DNA of 64,000 bases from Octopus vulgaris (Eukaryota). Shown piece by piece: positions 27,144-40,261 of this stretch; the stretch's first letter is position 1, and each line of letters starts with the position of its first letter. The position numbers and the translations under genes were made by a program. The notes under the pieces were generated by a model. It made no database searches, was not told the DNA's origin, and was given only the letters and a program-made list of their open reading frames with translations. The stretch lies in contig OX597824.1 in the NCBI GenBank assembly GCA_951406725.2, positions 37,572,001 through 37,636,000 on the forward strand, read 5' to 3'.

Positions 27144-27727
27144 ACCGCGACGTTTTGCGGGGTGCTATTCGTCGGAAAAGGCCACAATTGCATGCGTCCG
27201 GTGAGTGGAAATTGCACTGTCAACGCATCTGCCCGTTCAGCAGTAGATTATGGCTAGGCACAGAATTCCCCAGGTCCGACAGCCGCCGTATTCCCTACAT
27301 CTCGCCTCTTGCGACTTTTTCTTCTTTCCAAAAATCAAATCCCGCTTGAAAGGGAGAAGATTCCAGGACGTCGAGGAAATCAAAGTGAATGCGATGAGGC
27401 AGCTGCTGATTATCCCAGGAATTCCAGGAATGCTTCCATCAATGGAAACAGCGCTGGATTAAGTATGTGGCTTCCAAAAGGGAGACTTTTGAAGGAGATT
27501 AAATGCCAAATTGGCACGTGTTGTAGTTTTGTTTTCATAGCACCGGTCCGGATACTTATTGATTAGACCTCGTATAGTATAAGGTTAGATTTGCTATAAC
27601 AGATTCCTGTTTGTGGGTTGCAAGAATCATACGAAAATATTATGCACGAGTGAAAACAAATGTTGTTCATCTTTTACAGATTTCGTTTGGGTGAGTTCCT
27701 GTAATTCATAACGTTGCAAGAAATATT

Positions 27728-27890
27728 GGCTTCAAATTTTTGACACAAGGCCAGCAATTTCGGTGGAGGGGTTAAGTCGGTTATATCGGTCCCAGTCAAC
27801 GGAATTTAAACTCTGAACGGTAAAAGCGGACGAAATGCCACTCAGCATTTTGCTCTGCGAGCTAACGATTCTGCCAGCTCTCCGCCTTCG
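27728..27890 (-). mobile_element. SINE family B with 17-bp TSD
   Basis: Flanked by acgttgcaagaaatatt / acgttgcgagaaatatt. Confidence 0.85.
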
Positions 27891-27951
27891 ACGTTGCGAG
27901 AAATATTAGCGAGTTGTTTGATTAATACTTGTTGATATTACTGCTATTTGT

Positions 27952-28276
27952 GAAGGTGCATGGCTCGGGGGTTAGAGCGTCGAGCTTACGATCGTGAGGT
28001 TGTAAGCTCGAATCCCGGACCGGGCTGCGTCTTGTGTTCTTGAGCAAGACACTTTATTTCACGTTGCTCCAGTTCACTCAGCTGTAGAAATGAGTTGCGA
28101 CGTCACATGTGCCAAGCTGTATCGGCCCTTGCCTTTCCCTTGGATAACACTGGTGGCGTGGAGAGAGGAGGCTGGTATGCATGGGTCTTCCATAAACAAC
28201 CTTGCTCGGACTTGTGCCTTGGAGGGTAACTTTCTAGGTGCAATCCCATGGTCTGTGTCGTGACCGAAGGGGTCTC
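27952..28276 (+). mobile_element. tRNA-Arg-like SINE family C with ~15-bp TSD
   Basis: Head with ACG anticodon-like loop; TSD attactgctatttgt / attactgctacttat. Confidence 0.87.
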
Positions 28277-28707
28277 AGATTACTGCTACTTATTTCCTTG
28301 TGGAAAGATTAAATGCAGAATTAACTAGCACTTAAACGCCATATGTGGAGGAGTACCCCGAATATAGTTTAGTGAATCGACCTATCTGTATAATTACTTT
28401 ATCGTTTTAGCAAGGATGTAGAATCACTTCAAAATTTTAATCCTATTTAATTCGACGTTCCTTTGCCGCAGCCACACCTTACTAATACAACAATCTTCTG
28501 ATTAGATATAAATATGCTATATTTTAGGCAAAAGTGTGATATCCAAATCGCACCTAAATTTTAGAAGCTTAAATGCAAATTGCTCTTTCGTTTCATAATG
28601 AATCCATGCCACAGTAACGCCCACGTTTGGAGTTGAGAGGTTATAGCAGATTAAATAAGAGATCAATATATCATTGATTATGATGATTATATGATGATTA
28701 TATGATG

Positions 28708-29024
28708 TTCACCACCATCAATTCATCGCGGGAGAGTTCACCGTCATCAATTGACCGTGAAGGGAGTTCTCCGTGAGGAAGGTTCGCCGCGAGGAAAATC
28801 TACCGAGGAAATATATCCGTAGTATCTCGCCATCAATCGATAAAAACTATTTTTATCGCACCCCACCCCTAACAACAACAACAACAACAACAACAACATT
28901 AACAACAACAGCAAAAAAACTAAAAAAAAACCTCAGCAAAATTGAAGTTGGAAAATTGCCAAAAAATTCGTACGGTGAACTTTCCGTGCGGTGAATTGAT
29001 TGATGACGGTGAACTTACTGGACA
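28708..29024. mobile_element. MITE-like element with multiple subterminal TTCACCG/CGGTGAA repeats
   Basis: The left part has tandem variants of gttcaccgtcatcaatt; the right part has the inverted aattgattgatgacggtgaac. Confidence 0.6.
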
Positions 29025-29397
29025 TGGGTCTTGATATTTAGTTGTACTGAAACTTAGTTTATTCACACCATAAAGATGAAAGGTAAACTCGAGAATTTGA
29101 ACTCAGAATATAAAGAAATGTAGCTAAATATTGTAAGTTTTTTAGTCTGGCGCTCTTCTGCATATTCACTATAAGTCAAATTTGTTTTATTTTCTTCAAA
29201 CACAAAACCAGCTTTATATCAGTTACATTCCATTGGACTGGCTATATGTTATGTCACATCTGTTTCTTATATCGACCCAGAAGAACTTTAGATGAGGTAT
29301 TTAGTCCGCTGCCCGACCAGTTTTGCTAGCCCTCTCACCAGCATAATTAAATTTAGAACGAAATGCTTTCCTATTTATTATATCTATGATATTATTC

Positions 29398-29580
29398 TAC
29401 TCTTTTATTCTTTTACTTGTTTCAGTCATTTGACTGCGGCCATGCTGGAGCACCGCTTTTAGTCGAGTAAATCGACCCCAGGACTTATTCTTTTTAAGCC
29501 TAGTACTTATTCTATCGGTCTCTTTTGCCGAACGGGGACGCAAACACACCAGCATCGGTTGTCAAGCGATGTTGGGGGGA

Positions 29581-29632
<52 letters not shown>

Positions 29633-29800
29633 TATATATGCGACGGGCTTCTTTCAGTTTCCGTCTATCAAATCCACTCACAAAGCTTTGGTCGGCCCGA
29701 GGCTATAGTAGAAGACACTTGCTCAAGGTGCCATGCATTGGGACTAACCCCGGAACCATGTGGTTGGTAAGCAACTTACCACACAGCCCACTCCTGCGCC
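29398..29800 (-). mobile_element. SINE family A
   Basis: Reverse complement of the family consensus with an internal (CA)n. Confidence 0.9.
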
Positions 29801-30494
29801 TACAACTAATGAACTCTATGCTGTAATATAGCATAAATTTAAGCAAAGTTTTGGTGTTAAAGAGATGTACAATGTATTAAGTAATTTATTAACATGACAT
29901 TTAATTAATAATTATGATTCATTGAAAGACATGTCTTAATTTTTAACAGTTTATCTTATGTCATATTCTAGAATTTTGAGAAATATCTATCACAAATAAT
30001 TTATGGAATAAAAGTTTCGGTTGGAATTTTTTATCAGAAGCTGCTCATAACTAAATTGCAACAATTAATGCATTAAAAATACAGTCTCTCTAAAATGATT
30101 TAAATACTGTTTTAACGACGTCTGTCACAAATATGGTAATTACACAAAATTAATAAAACCAATATTTAATCATTCTTTATCCAACATTTTGGAACCAACG
30201 TCATTCATTTTAACAAGTAGCAATAGATTTTATCACTTGTTTTTAATCACTAAATTTTCTTTGTGGGTTAACATAATGTCAGAAATCTCAACAATTTTTT
30301 TTTTGTAATCAATTTTTCGCATTCTTACACAAAATATTTCTTTTATTGTCAACATTTTCAGTGAATATTATTTGTAAGAGGACAATGTTCACGTTAAGAT
30401 TTCTATTGTTATATCTAGACGACAAAATAAAATTTCAAAATTCTGTATTTTTAAGCAATGCTATTTTATTGGAGATGCCAAAATAGTAATAATG

Positions 30495-30858
30495 CTTTCG
30501 AATTTTTGAAGAAGGCAAGAATTTTAGGGGTTTGGTCGATACCATCGTGACCCAGTACTTGACTGGTACTTTATCTCACTGGCCCTGAAAGGATGAAAAG
30601 CAAAGTTGACCGGATTTTAATCCAAAACATGAGTCGAAATACCACTAAGAATTATGCCCGATGCGCTAACAATTCTGATGGTTTCAAATTTTTTCACAAA
30701 GGCAACAACTTTGGGGGAGGAGATGAGTCTGGAACTTATTTTATCGACCCTTAAAGCATGAAAAGTAAAATCGACCTCGGTGGAATTTGAACTCAGAATG
30801 TAGCGACAGGCGCTAAGCATTTCATCCAGCATGCTAACGATTCTACCAGCTTGCCGCC
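30495..30858 (-). mobile_element. Two degenerate SINE family B copies
   Basis: Core (gaaaggatgaaa.gcaaagt.gacc) and head recognisable. Confidence 0.75.
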
Positions 30859-30859
<1 letters not shown>

Positions 30860-30922
<63 letters not shown>

Positions 30923-30941
30923 TGATAACAATAATAACAAC

Positions 30942-31009
<68 letters not shown>

Positions 31010-31012
31010 CAA
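30860..31012. repeat. (AAT)n microsatellite
   Basis: Directly visible. Confidence 0.95.
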
Positions 31013-31049
31013 TATGTGAGAGAATTCTTTTACGAGAAATTTTTAAATT

Positions 31050-32677
31050 AGTCAATGCTCAGGCACAGCAATAGATTTTAGAACCAACGGTAGCAGTACA
31101 TAGTTAGATATCCCTGAAGTTTAACACCGTCGAATATGATGAATTTTCTAACAAAAATAACAGCCAGTTATAATATTTATCAATTTGGAAGAATGATCGG
31201 CATCGCCAAGCTGGAAAAAGTCTCGAAATCCTCCACTAAATATTTTCCAAGGACTTGAAAAAGTCAAGGGCGACATAAATATACAAAGTTAAAAGCTTAC
31301 ACTGTCTTATCTCAAATGTTTGGTTACAGTTTCTATATCGCAGGAAGCTTAAATAAACTTTTATTATCTTTACAAGTTGAACAAAACCTTCATTTGCCAA
31401 TTATTTAATTGATCTACTTACAAAAATATACTTCTCTATGGGGATTAAACTAAGCTTCCTTTAGAATAACATCTTAAAGTCCCGAAATGAAATCTTTAAT
31501 GACAAACTGATTTTCTTTTGATATAATCGATTAAAATTCACATGTTCATGCATTCCTTAGAAAAAAAAAAACCAAACTTCTAAAGTGGAGAGTAACATTA
31601 TGATTTGTATAAAAATAATCAAATATAGAAATATTGCATCCAATCAAGATGATGTGAGTTTGTAGAGCTTGTAGAGATTTGGGACTTTACAGTTTTTACT
31701 AACATTTTGTGCCTCAAAGACGCTTTTGAGATGTAATAATATTTTCTTTGCTATAAACGCTATTGAGTGATTTTCGTTCTCATTAACATAACTACAAACA
31801 ACCATACACACTCATGCAAACACGTTCATTCATTTACTTGTAAATTTTCTTGATTAATAATACAGAGTTAATATTTCAACTCACATCTTTTGACTGGTAT
31901 TATTCTGTCAAAAGATATTTCCAAATCTGATAACGCAATCATTAGTACATCATCTTCAGTTTATACCGTATTAATATAATCTCATTTTATTTCATTATAT
32001 TCAAATGAACATCATTGAATCATACAGCTAAGGAAAAACCATATTCCATTACGCTTAAAAAAATTATTATCGGAAATTTACGAGTCGTGATTTTCGTGGC
32101 GAAGTTTGGGTGTAAATAAATCAATAACAAATTTCTGTTGAAATGTGACTAAGAGTGAACACGCCACTCATAGGAATATTTAGATCACATATGTTTTAGC
32201 AGCAACACTCAGTTTTAATTAAACATAATAATGATTTTTTAAAATAAAAACCTAACCCCCAAACCTGTCTTCTCTTACAACAACATTCCAAGATAAAAAT
32301 TTCATTAACTAACCTTCAATTAACAATTAAAAAATCACACATTCAATGTATGAACCATATATTAACACAAAGACTAAAAACATTTCTTTTCTTCTGCCGT
32401 TTAGTTAATTAGTTTTTCATTCTAAAAATGTTTTCTTTTTCTGAAAAATAAGCCTTTCGGTCAAGTTAAATTTTATTGTCTCAAAGGTGTCGATATTTTG
32501 TAAGAAATTAAATATTCTGAAGCACAAGAAATTAACAGTTTCTTGTCTGGAAGCATCGAATTTTTGTGGTGAGAAATTTCTGTTATCATATCAAGCTATT
32601 TTAACGTGTCAATGTTAGCCTCAAATGTTTATATTTTTGATTAAATAAAGTGACTAAAATATTTGTTAAGTTTCTGA
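31050..32677 (-). other. Probable 3' UTR of the THIK gene
   Basis: Repeat-free AT-rich stretch downstream of the stop. Candidate AATAAA signals on the minus strand near 32470, 31990 and 31360. The true end is not determinable. Confidence 0.45.
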
Positions 32678-33579
32678 TCATATCTCATCTTTGCCGAGTT
32701 TTCTGTTCAATATGGCAAGAGGCCCGACACCGCCATGGAATCCACTTTCATTTTGAGCTTGTTGTAACATGCCACGCTGTGCTGTTTCCCAAAGACGTTT
32801 TTGCATCATGGCAATATTAATATTTTTAGCTTGCAAGAAATCATGCATCGATATCATTTCCCCAGACGTACGTCGATATTCATTATCACTGTCGTAATCT
32901 ACATCTACCATTGTTACACTGTCTGATTTGGCCTTACGTTGACTCTGTCGTATTCCAGGAGTAATAGCGTTGCGTCTGGCTCGAAATGTCGGCATTTCTC
33001 GACGACATTGACAGCGACAGTTTAATTTACGTAAAATCCAGTTTAAAAATTGCTTTATAATAATAGAGGCCACATTGAATAAGCTGTATATACAACAGCA
33101 TCCTATAATAATAAATACAAAATTTCCAAGTCGATACAAGTGAATGTAGTCATACTGGGTTTTTTGACCCACTGTATAGTCTCCGAAGCCAATTGTAGAA
33201 AAGGTAACAAAACAAAAATATATCGATTCAAAGTAGCTCCAGTTTTCGACGGAATGATACATAGCTGAAGCGCAGCAAGCAACCAAAACGGCACCACAGA
33301 GAAGGATTAGCATAACCCAATATACGGAGGGTTTCCATGCATCTAAACTATCTTCTGAAACAGACGAATCTCGCCTGTCACTGTCGTGTTTCTCAGAAAC
33401 CTGGCTGGACTTTTGGCGCTGGCTTTTTTCATGAATACTTTTTAAGATATGTGCCAAGAATGTAATGATTCGTTCAAGAAATAAGTTAAAAAATAAAATG
33501 GCACCTGCACAGCCGAAAAATCCATAGAAAATTAAAAGAATTTTTCCATTAGGTGTGCTTGGTGTTGTCATACCAAAAC
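32678..33579 (-). CDS. KCNK13: Terminal coding exon of a THIK-subfamily two-pore-domain potassium channel (KCNK12/KCNK13-like): end of P1, M2, M3, P2, M4 and C-terminus
   Basis: Translation GFGMTTP..GKILLIFYG..ILFFNLFLERIIT..WKPSVYWVMLIL..CCASAMY..WSYFESIYFCFVTFSTIGFGD..CCIYSLFNV..IKQ..SGEMISM..GGVG matches THIK-specific motifs. Polypyrimidine tract and acceptor ttttctctttcag|GT precede 33579 (phase 1, splits the Gly of TIG-FG). Stop TGA at 32680-32678. The symbol is approximate because an invertebrate gene is likely co-orthologous to KCNK12 and KCNK13. Confidence 0.95.
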
Positions 33580-33600
33580 CTGAAAGAGAAAACAAAAATA
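33580..33600 (-). promoter_or_regulatory. 3' splice acceptor (polypyrimidine tract + AG) of the THIK intron
   Basis: Minus strand reads tatttttgttttctctttcag immediately before the homologous GFG sequence. Confidence 0.9.
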
Positions 33601-34704
33601 ATTAGGGTTTATGTTTAAAAATGACAATTTGTACTTAAAATATATACTATATATTTTTCTTCAAAGAAAAACAAAATGGCTTTGCTTATTATAATTAAAT
33701 AGAATCGGTAAAAATATCCTCTAATAATCTTGTTGCACTAAATCATCTTTAATGATACATCATTAAAAACTACGATACATCTTTAATAGTGTATCACAAA
33801 TATTAATAGGGTTTGGGATCCTTAACTTATAAGAGTAAACTGTATTGTTATATACCTAATGTCATGAGTATAAATAGCATAAATTTATTCACAAATATAT
33901 GGAATCGACAAACCGGAGAGGGATGTAGCGGCGGCTCTGATAAGAATAATTTAATCGATGATGGTTGGATGTAACATTCAATTAGGTAGCGAATTAAGTA
34001 GATAGAGATGAGGGAGTGAGACTGCGAAAAAGTGGAAAAGATAAATTAGCGAGAGTGATCGCAGTTATTATGTTCGGAGTCAGATAAAATAAACTAGAGA
34101 TGTAACTATTTTTGTTAGTTTCCACAAAGAGAGGTTAAATATCTCTACATATTACACCAGTTATATCTTACATTTCAAGCAATCGAGAAATAGCGTGTGC
34201 TACACTATAAAGTAATGAATTACGTCATGTTGTAGGCGCATGAGCTATTAAATAAAATAAACTGGTCCTTTTAACCGATCTCTTGTTTGTATACAAGAGA
34301 TGTATGACAAAAATCTATCAACCAGACAAAGATTAGTATTCTTTATCTGATGAGGGTCAAAGAAATCTAAAAACTTATCAGATCGATCCCAGTGATTTTT
34401 TCTGCCAAAAAAATATTTAAAAATGTGGAGCATAGCCAATTTGTTTACTTTTCAAAGGAAGATGAAAATTGTAAGTTAATAAAAAAACGTAATGGTTTAC
34501 ATTTCAATTTATCCGAAAACGTTCTGTAGTGCACTATAAATAAATTAATCCACAAAATCAGTGTATATCTAACTAGTTTAGCCGAGTCCTAGTTTATGTA
34601 TGCTGCAAATAGCAATAACCTATTTAATTCTCCTGGACAAAAGATCGATGCTCTTTCAGTGATGAACTTCCAAGAAATTTCATTATTTCTAGTTAGTTTT
34701 TTAA

Positions 34705-35239
34705 CCCTATAACACCGGTTGACGTAAATTTACGTGTGCTGTGTACTCACTGTGAATCTGATGACGAAAATATACGCAGCCCAATCTGCTGCGGTTTTGT
34801 ACCTGTTTGTGTACCGGTCGATGTAAATATCCACTATCACCCATGGAATCGATAATAGAGGCCATCGTGCAAATTTCAAGGAATCTGATTGGTTTGTTAG
34901 ACTCTTCATGCAAATATTTCCCACTCAGTTCGAGACTTTATCACCATAAATAGTATAAAAGCAGCAGTTTTGGTGGTTACACCACCATTTCCACAATGAC
35001 TTCCTATCAAATTCGTACACGTTCAGCAAATTCTTCTGGCCCTTCACGGAATTTACAAAAGCATTCAGCTGCGCCAGTTTCGTTGAATTTACGGTCCTCG
35101 CAGTGGTGACAGTTTACACAAATAAACAGTGCATGCTTTAAAGCAGTTGACGTAAATATACGCCGAACCGTTGTCGTGCGCTAATTAATTGCTGATCTCG
35201 GACGACCTAGTTGTCTGATACAAAACCGTTGTCATAGGG
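34705..35239. mobile_element. Non-autonomous piggyBac-like element
   Basis: TTAA on both sides; TIRs CCCTATAACACCGGTT / AACCGTTGTCATAGGG. Confidence 0.8.
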
Positions 35240-36754
35240 TTAATGCTCACTATATTGAATATGTTAACACCAGCTTAACCGTTTTCAATGCAAATTCGCT
35301 AAGATATAAACGGATTTATACGACTGCTTGAGTGATGTATGGTGTAAGTTCTTCAGGAGTAGTAGCTTTATAATTCTATTGGGGCTCAGATCATAGTTAA
35401 CATGGATATAAAGACATCATTGTCTCCAACAGCCTCGCATTTTTTACTTATGGCCGCAAGAAATCGATTATGTCCATTAGCAACACCACGGCACCACACT
35501 TCGGCTGGTGAGATAAATTCTGTTGAGGATATCAGTAACCTCGAGAAGATTATTCTCTGAGGACATCATTCCTTAGGTGCACGATTACTGGAATGGCTTG
35601 AGAGGTAGAGGAACCAGGCCAAAGGTCGAAGGATTTGTAGACAAAATATGGAACACATCCTTGGCACTCTCCAGAGGGAAAGAGACTTGTGACCAGCTTC
35701 TGTGGGTGATATTTGGAAATCATTTACATAACCTTAGTTAACCATAGATAGCAATAGAAGATAACAAGAAAACTATGACGTAACTGAGCTTCTCTGCAAC
35801 TGATCCAGATATGAACGACAGAGAAAAGACGAACTTCTCAGTGAGCAGAATAGGATTGAAACTCAAAATCATTTATAAATGAGAAATTAATGTCCGAGTG
35901 AGTTGCTCTGAAAATTAGGAACAAAGTCTAGAAACGTGAAGAATAGGATCTTGTTGTTTGGTATATGTTGTGTATCAAATCCCATGCAACAAAAATTCTT
36001 GGTTTATTAAAATTATCTCCGACTCTGGATGATGTCATAATTACCAACTAGCAATTAATACCAGCTTCACTTGAGAAGGGAAGACGATCTCGAGAGTTGA
36101 AATTTTTCCAGACTTGACATGCCATTAAAGAAAAGGACAGGTTTATTGTTTGGAGATAAGAGAACAGTTATGGAGACATGCTTCTGCCTGAATTAGCATC
36201 ACCTGCACAACAGTTATCTTACCTTATCTTGAGGGACTTAGAAATACACGAAGAAGAGCAGAATACATTGATGGCTGAGGTAATTTGTATAAATTAAACA
36301 AAATGAACTAAGAGAAATAACTCAGAGTGGCCTGCAGTATGAACAACACAAACAAATACAGGTATATCAAACACCGCACAACATAAATTTTTGGTTTATA
36401 TATGAACCTTCAATCACACACTCACGCATTCTAATTGATACCGTCCTATATAGAAACGCAGACAATGAAGAATTGGTAAGCATAGAAGAAAGTTATCATT
36501 GATCAAAGTAACTAAATACAATTGTAAAAGATATCGATATCTACGACGAAGTTCTTCGACCCATTTTATTGATGATTGAATAGTCTAGTCACATCAATAG
36601 AGTGGCCAATGTTTCTCGTATAAAAAAATTAAAAGATAACTATAATTGATAACAATAAATATAGAAAACTAGGCTCGTCATTGCCAGAAGTCTGGGCCGA
36701 GTCTATAGAAATTCGAATTGATTCATGTTTTTTTTTTAGCTAATTCTGAAGTTT

Positions 36755-37900
36755 CGTCGTTGTCATCGTTGTCATCGTCGTTGTCATCATCAGCATCATT
36801 AGATATTGGTTGCTCTCAGCAGGTCCAATATAATTCCAGTCTTTCTGTTTTCATACATTCTTCTGTCCAATTCTTAATACTATCCAACCACGAGGTGGTG
36901 AGCTGGCAGAATCGTTAGCACGCCGGGCAAAATGCTAAGCGGTGTTTCGTCCGTCTTTACGTTATGAGCTCAAATCCCGCCGATGCCGACTTTGCCTTTC
37001 ATCTTTTCGGGATCGATAAAAAGTGTACCAGTTGATCTCCGGGGTCGATATAATCGACTTACTCTCTCCCCCGAAGTTGCTGGCCCTGTGCCAAAATTTG
37101 AAATCGATATTATCCAACCATCCTATTCTTAGTTTCCCTCTTCCTTTCTTCCTATTCCTCTTGTCGGCCACGAAAACAGTCCGTAAAGTATTTGTTTCCT
37201 ATTAAATGCCCTGAATATTTTAATTTTTCTCTTTGACAGTATTAAATAAAATTTTAGTTTTTACCATTCTTATTCCTTTGTGTTTTGTCCACGATGTTCT
37301 CAAAACTCTTCTATACGCCTACATCTCAAAGTCTTGTATCCATTTAATATTACTGTTGTTAATGCCCATATCTCAACTCCTTATACTAGTAGACTATTCA
37401 TAATAACTAATATTTTAATGATTTTTTTTCCGGGTGAAATATTAATGTTTCTTTATCGATTGACATTTTCATTACATTAAAAAAAAATTTTGTTTGTAGA
37501 ATTCTTCAATCTCTCTATCGTTGCGTCATTGTGTAGGAGTGTATCATATCTGACGATATTGAAAGGTTTTTCCTGGTTATTTCCTCATTATCATTCCAGC
37601 TGTATTTGCTCGCTATCTTTGTTAAGGATTTTGCTATAGCGTTTTTCATTGAATCTTTCCCGTCAGAATACAATATTATGTAACTTTTTCTTACAATTTA
37701 GCATCATCTGTTCAGCTAGTTTCAGATATCCACTGGATGTCAATATTCATTTTTTCCTGTTTTCTGTATATGATTGCTTTTCTTCCCACTTAATAAAATG
37801 TTCCTGTTCTTCGTATTTGTAGACACAAGAGCAGCTTATTCTTAATTTCCAATGCACAAACGGACAGTATTCTCCCTTTTGCAAGTAAGTTTGACTTAAG
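36755..37900 (-). mobile_element. Old RTE-clade LINE 3' remnant interrupted by a SINE
   Basis: SLLV*GVEIWALT and GRGKLRIGWLDSIKNWT motifs with a (GAT)-like tail at 36755-36800. Confidence 0.6.
36892..37106 (+). mobile_element. SINE family B nested in the RTE remnant
   Basis: TSD tatccaacca at 36881-90 and 37111-20. Confidence 0.88.
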
Positions 37901-37967
37901 ATCAACATCAGCCGTTCTGCTTACTGAGTAGCTGGTTTCTTTTCGTCTTTTCTATTTGTTTATGCTG

Positions 37968-38035
37968 TACATACATGCATACATACATACATACATACAT
38001 AGATACATACATACATACATACATACATACATACA

Positions 38036-38069
<34 letters not shown>

Positions 38070-38265
38070 CATACATACATGCATGCATACATACATACAT
38101 ACATACGTACACAATACATGCATACCAACATACATACAAACATACGTTCATGAATACAAACTCTCTCTCACGCATGCATACATACATACACACATACATA
38201 CACATATACTTACATACATATATACGCACACACATACATACATACATTCACACGTCCGTACATGC

Positions 38266-38332
<67 letters not shown>
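37968..38332. repeat. (CATA)n / (TA)n microsatellite
   Basis: Directly visible. Confidence 0.95.
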
Positions 38333-38333
<1 letters not shown>

Positions 38334-38575
38334 AATGTGATTCTTTTCGAAAAAAAATATTTTCTCGAAAAAAAATTTATCAATGGCCAGCATATTAAAA
38401 ATACCTTTATCGGTTAAATTTATAAACAATTCATAAATGAGGGCAGAGGAAAAAAATTCTAATGCCAAATATGCCGAAAAATTGGACATATTGTCCATTA
38501 ACCATATAATTTTTTCACAATACGCACGCTACTCGAAAAAAGGTCGACAGAAATTTCTAAAAAATTCCATTATTA

Positions 38576-38635
38576 CCATATCGGACCGATTTCAGAGTTA
38601 GCTACTAAGAGCCCTCTCTTCGTCAGTGATACATG
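38576..38635 (-). ncRNA. Type I hammerhead ribozyme motif
   Basis: Minus strand: catgtatca-CTGACGA-AGAG..gct..agc..CTCT-GAAA-TCGG-TC-cgatatg. Intact core, GUC site, stem I TGTATC/GATATG with a mismatch next to the core. Confidence 0.75.
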
Positions 38636-39061
38636 TGGCAAAAGAAATAAATGAGATACTTACTCATACCCATGGAAGAAGCAAATACTAAGTCATGGGC
38701 ACAACTAAGTACCCCAAATACATCCAAAATAGAAATACTCCAGCCCATTCGAGGCACGTGCGATTTGAACTGAGGCTCTCACAGAGTGAGTTAGTTAGTT
38801 CGGAAGTGAACGCTTAAATTTATATCAAATATATATATATATATATTTACATACGAAGATATACATACATACGTACAAACATGCATAAACACTCATACAT
38901 ACACATACGTACATACATACATACATAATACATACGTGCACACGTCCGAACATGCAAACAAACACACACACGCACACACACACACACATACATACATACA
39001 TACATACATACATACATACATACATACATACATACATACATGCATACATACATATATACAT

Positions 39062-39293
39062 TGTTGGGACTATGTCGTTTACGACGACAAAGGTTCCAGT
39101 TGATCCGATCAACGGAACAACTTGCTCGTGAAATTAATGTGCAAGTGGCAGAGCACTCCACAGACACGTGTACCCCTAACGTAGTTCTCGGGGAGACTCA
39201 GCGTGACATAGAGTGTGACAAGGTTGGCCCTTTGAAATACAGGTACAACAGAAACAGGAAGAAAGATTGAGAGAAAGTGTGGTGAAAGAGTAC
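39062..39293 (-). mobile_element. SINE family C, 3' portion
   Basis: Reverse complement of 23350-23512 but with a different tail. Confidence 0.8.
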
Positions 39294-39369
39294 ACCAGTA
39301 TACGAAGTTTGAAATTTTTTAGTTACCTAGAAATTATGTTAAAAACTGCTGTTCAAACCGAAAAGATCC
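39294..39369. mobile_element. Terminal fragment of the Merlin-like MITE family
   Basis: Reverse complement of 2804-2878, ending aaaccgaaaagatcc. Confidence 0.75.
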
Positions 39370-39425
39370 CACAACCGGCCAGATATTGTTGTGTGGGATC
39401 ACAAGGAAAAAATATTTGCTATATA
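39370..39425 (+). mobile_element. Short RLE-domain fragment
   Basis: cacaaccggccagatattgttgtgtgggatcacaag translates to HNRPDIVVWDHK. Confidence 0.55.
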
Positions 39426-40109
39426 TAAAAGAAAAATTGAATATGAATGCTTGCTAAAGATGATAGCTAATGTTTTCAGTGATACTATAAAACTTACAGT
39501 GTTATTTTAAAGTTTTATGGCGTTACATATTTTTACTTATCTTGCAGTAAAGTTTTTACCACAAAATAAGCAAAGAAGTAAAAGTTACGGACAAAAGATT
39601 CTGTAAGTTCAACTGTGGCATCAAAAAAGACTATGTAGATTGAACAGTGATGTATTTGTCAGAGAGGAAATGTTAGAAAATTGTTGCGTAAGGAAATTTT
39701 TATAAGTGGCATGAGGCAAATGTCAGAGTAATGCAGAGAACGAGGGAGGTTTAAATGGCAACAAGACAGCTATGCCAATAATGAAAAATGCTGTAGCTTA
39801 AAAAATGACAGGTTGGCTCCAGAAAGTCCCCTACGTTCACGTGCGAAAACTAATTTACACAAAGATTGGTTGGCTAGTTTTCAGCCATGTGATGCGCAAA
39901 ATATCATTGCACTTCGGAATTTTTCTTTTCTTTCTTTCTTTCTTCCTTTCTTTTTCTTTTTGTCTAGTTAAATATTTCAACACATATGAGAATGTACCTG
40001 ACATGCTTCAAAAAACTACGATGGCAGTCACCTGAGTAGCGGGAAACATCAGAAACAACGCGAAGAGTATTCACAAAGACTTAACTTTGAATAAATAAAT
40101 AACAATACT

Positions 40110-40261
<152 letters not shown>

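Larger units (their letters stand above)
26302..27503 (+). pseudogene. Mariner transposase pseudogene
   Basis: Frameshifted segments EQRICIKFCQKLG, TQVYEWFRRFQDGR, SAKFAPKLL, VYGYDLETKAQS and QPPYSLHLASCDFFFFPKIKSRLKGRRF (YSPDLAP motif), with stops, deletions and insertions. Confidence 0.88.
26129..27572 (+). mobile_element. Full-length decayed mariner transposon
   Basis: TA-flanked TIRs tgtggtctgatcaataagtatccggac / gtccggatacttattgattagacctcg enclose transposase remnants. Confidence 0.93.

Noticed and set aside
33580-33595. ORF-track start MFSLS of the 305-aa channel ORF
   Set aside because: It lies in the polypyrimidine tract of the intron. Homology starts at GFG after the AG acceptor.
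35940-36060. Possible Gypsy RT remnant (LLFGI..LDDVII)
   Set aside because: Too degenerate to support without a profile search.
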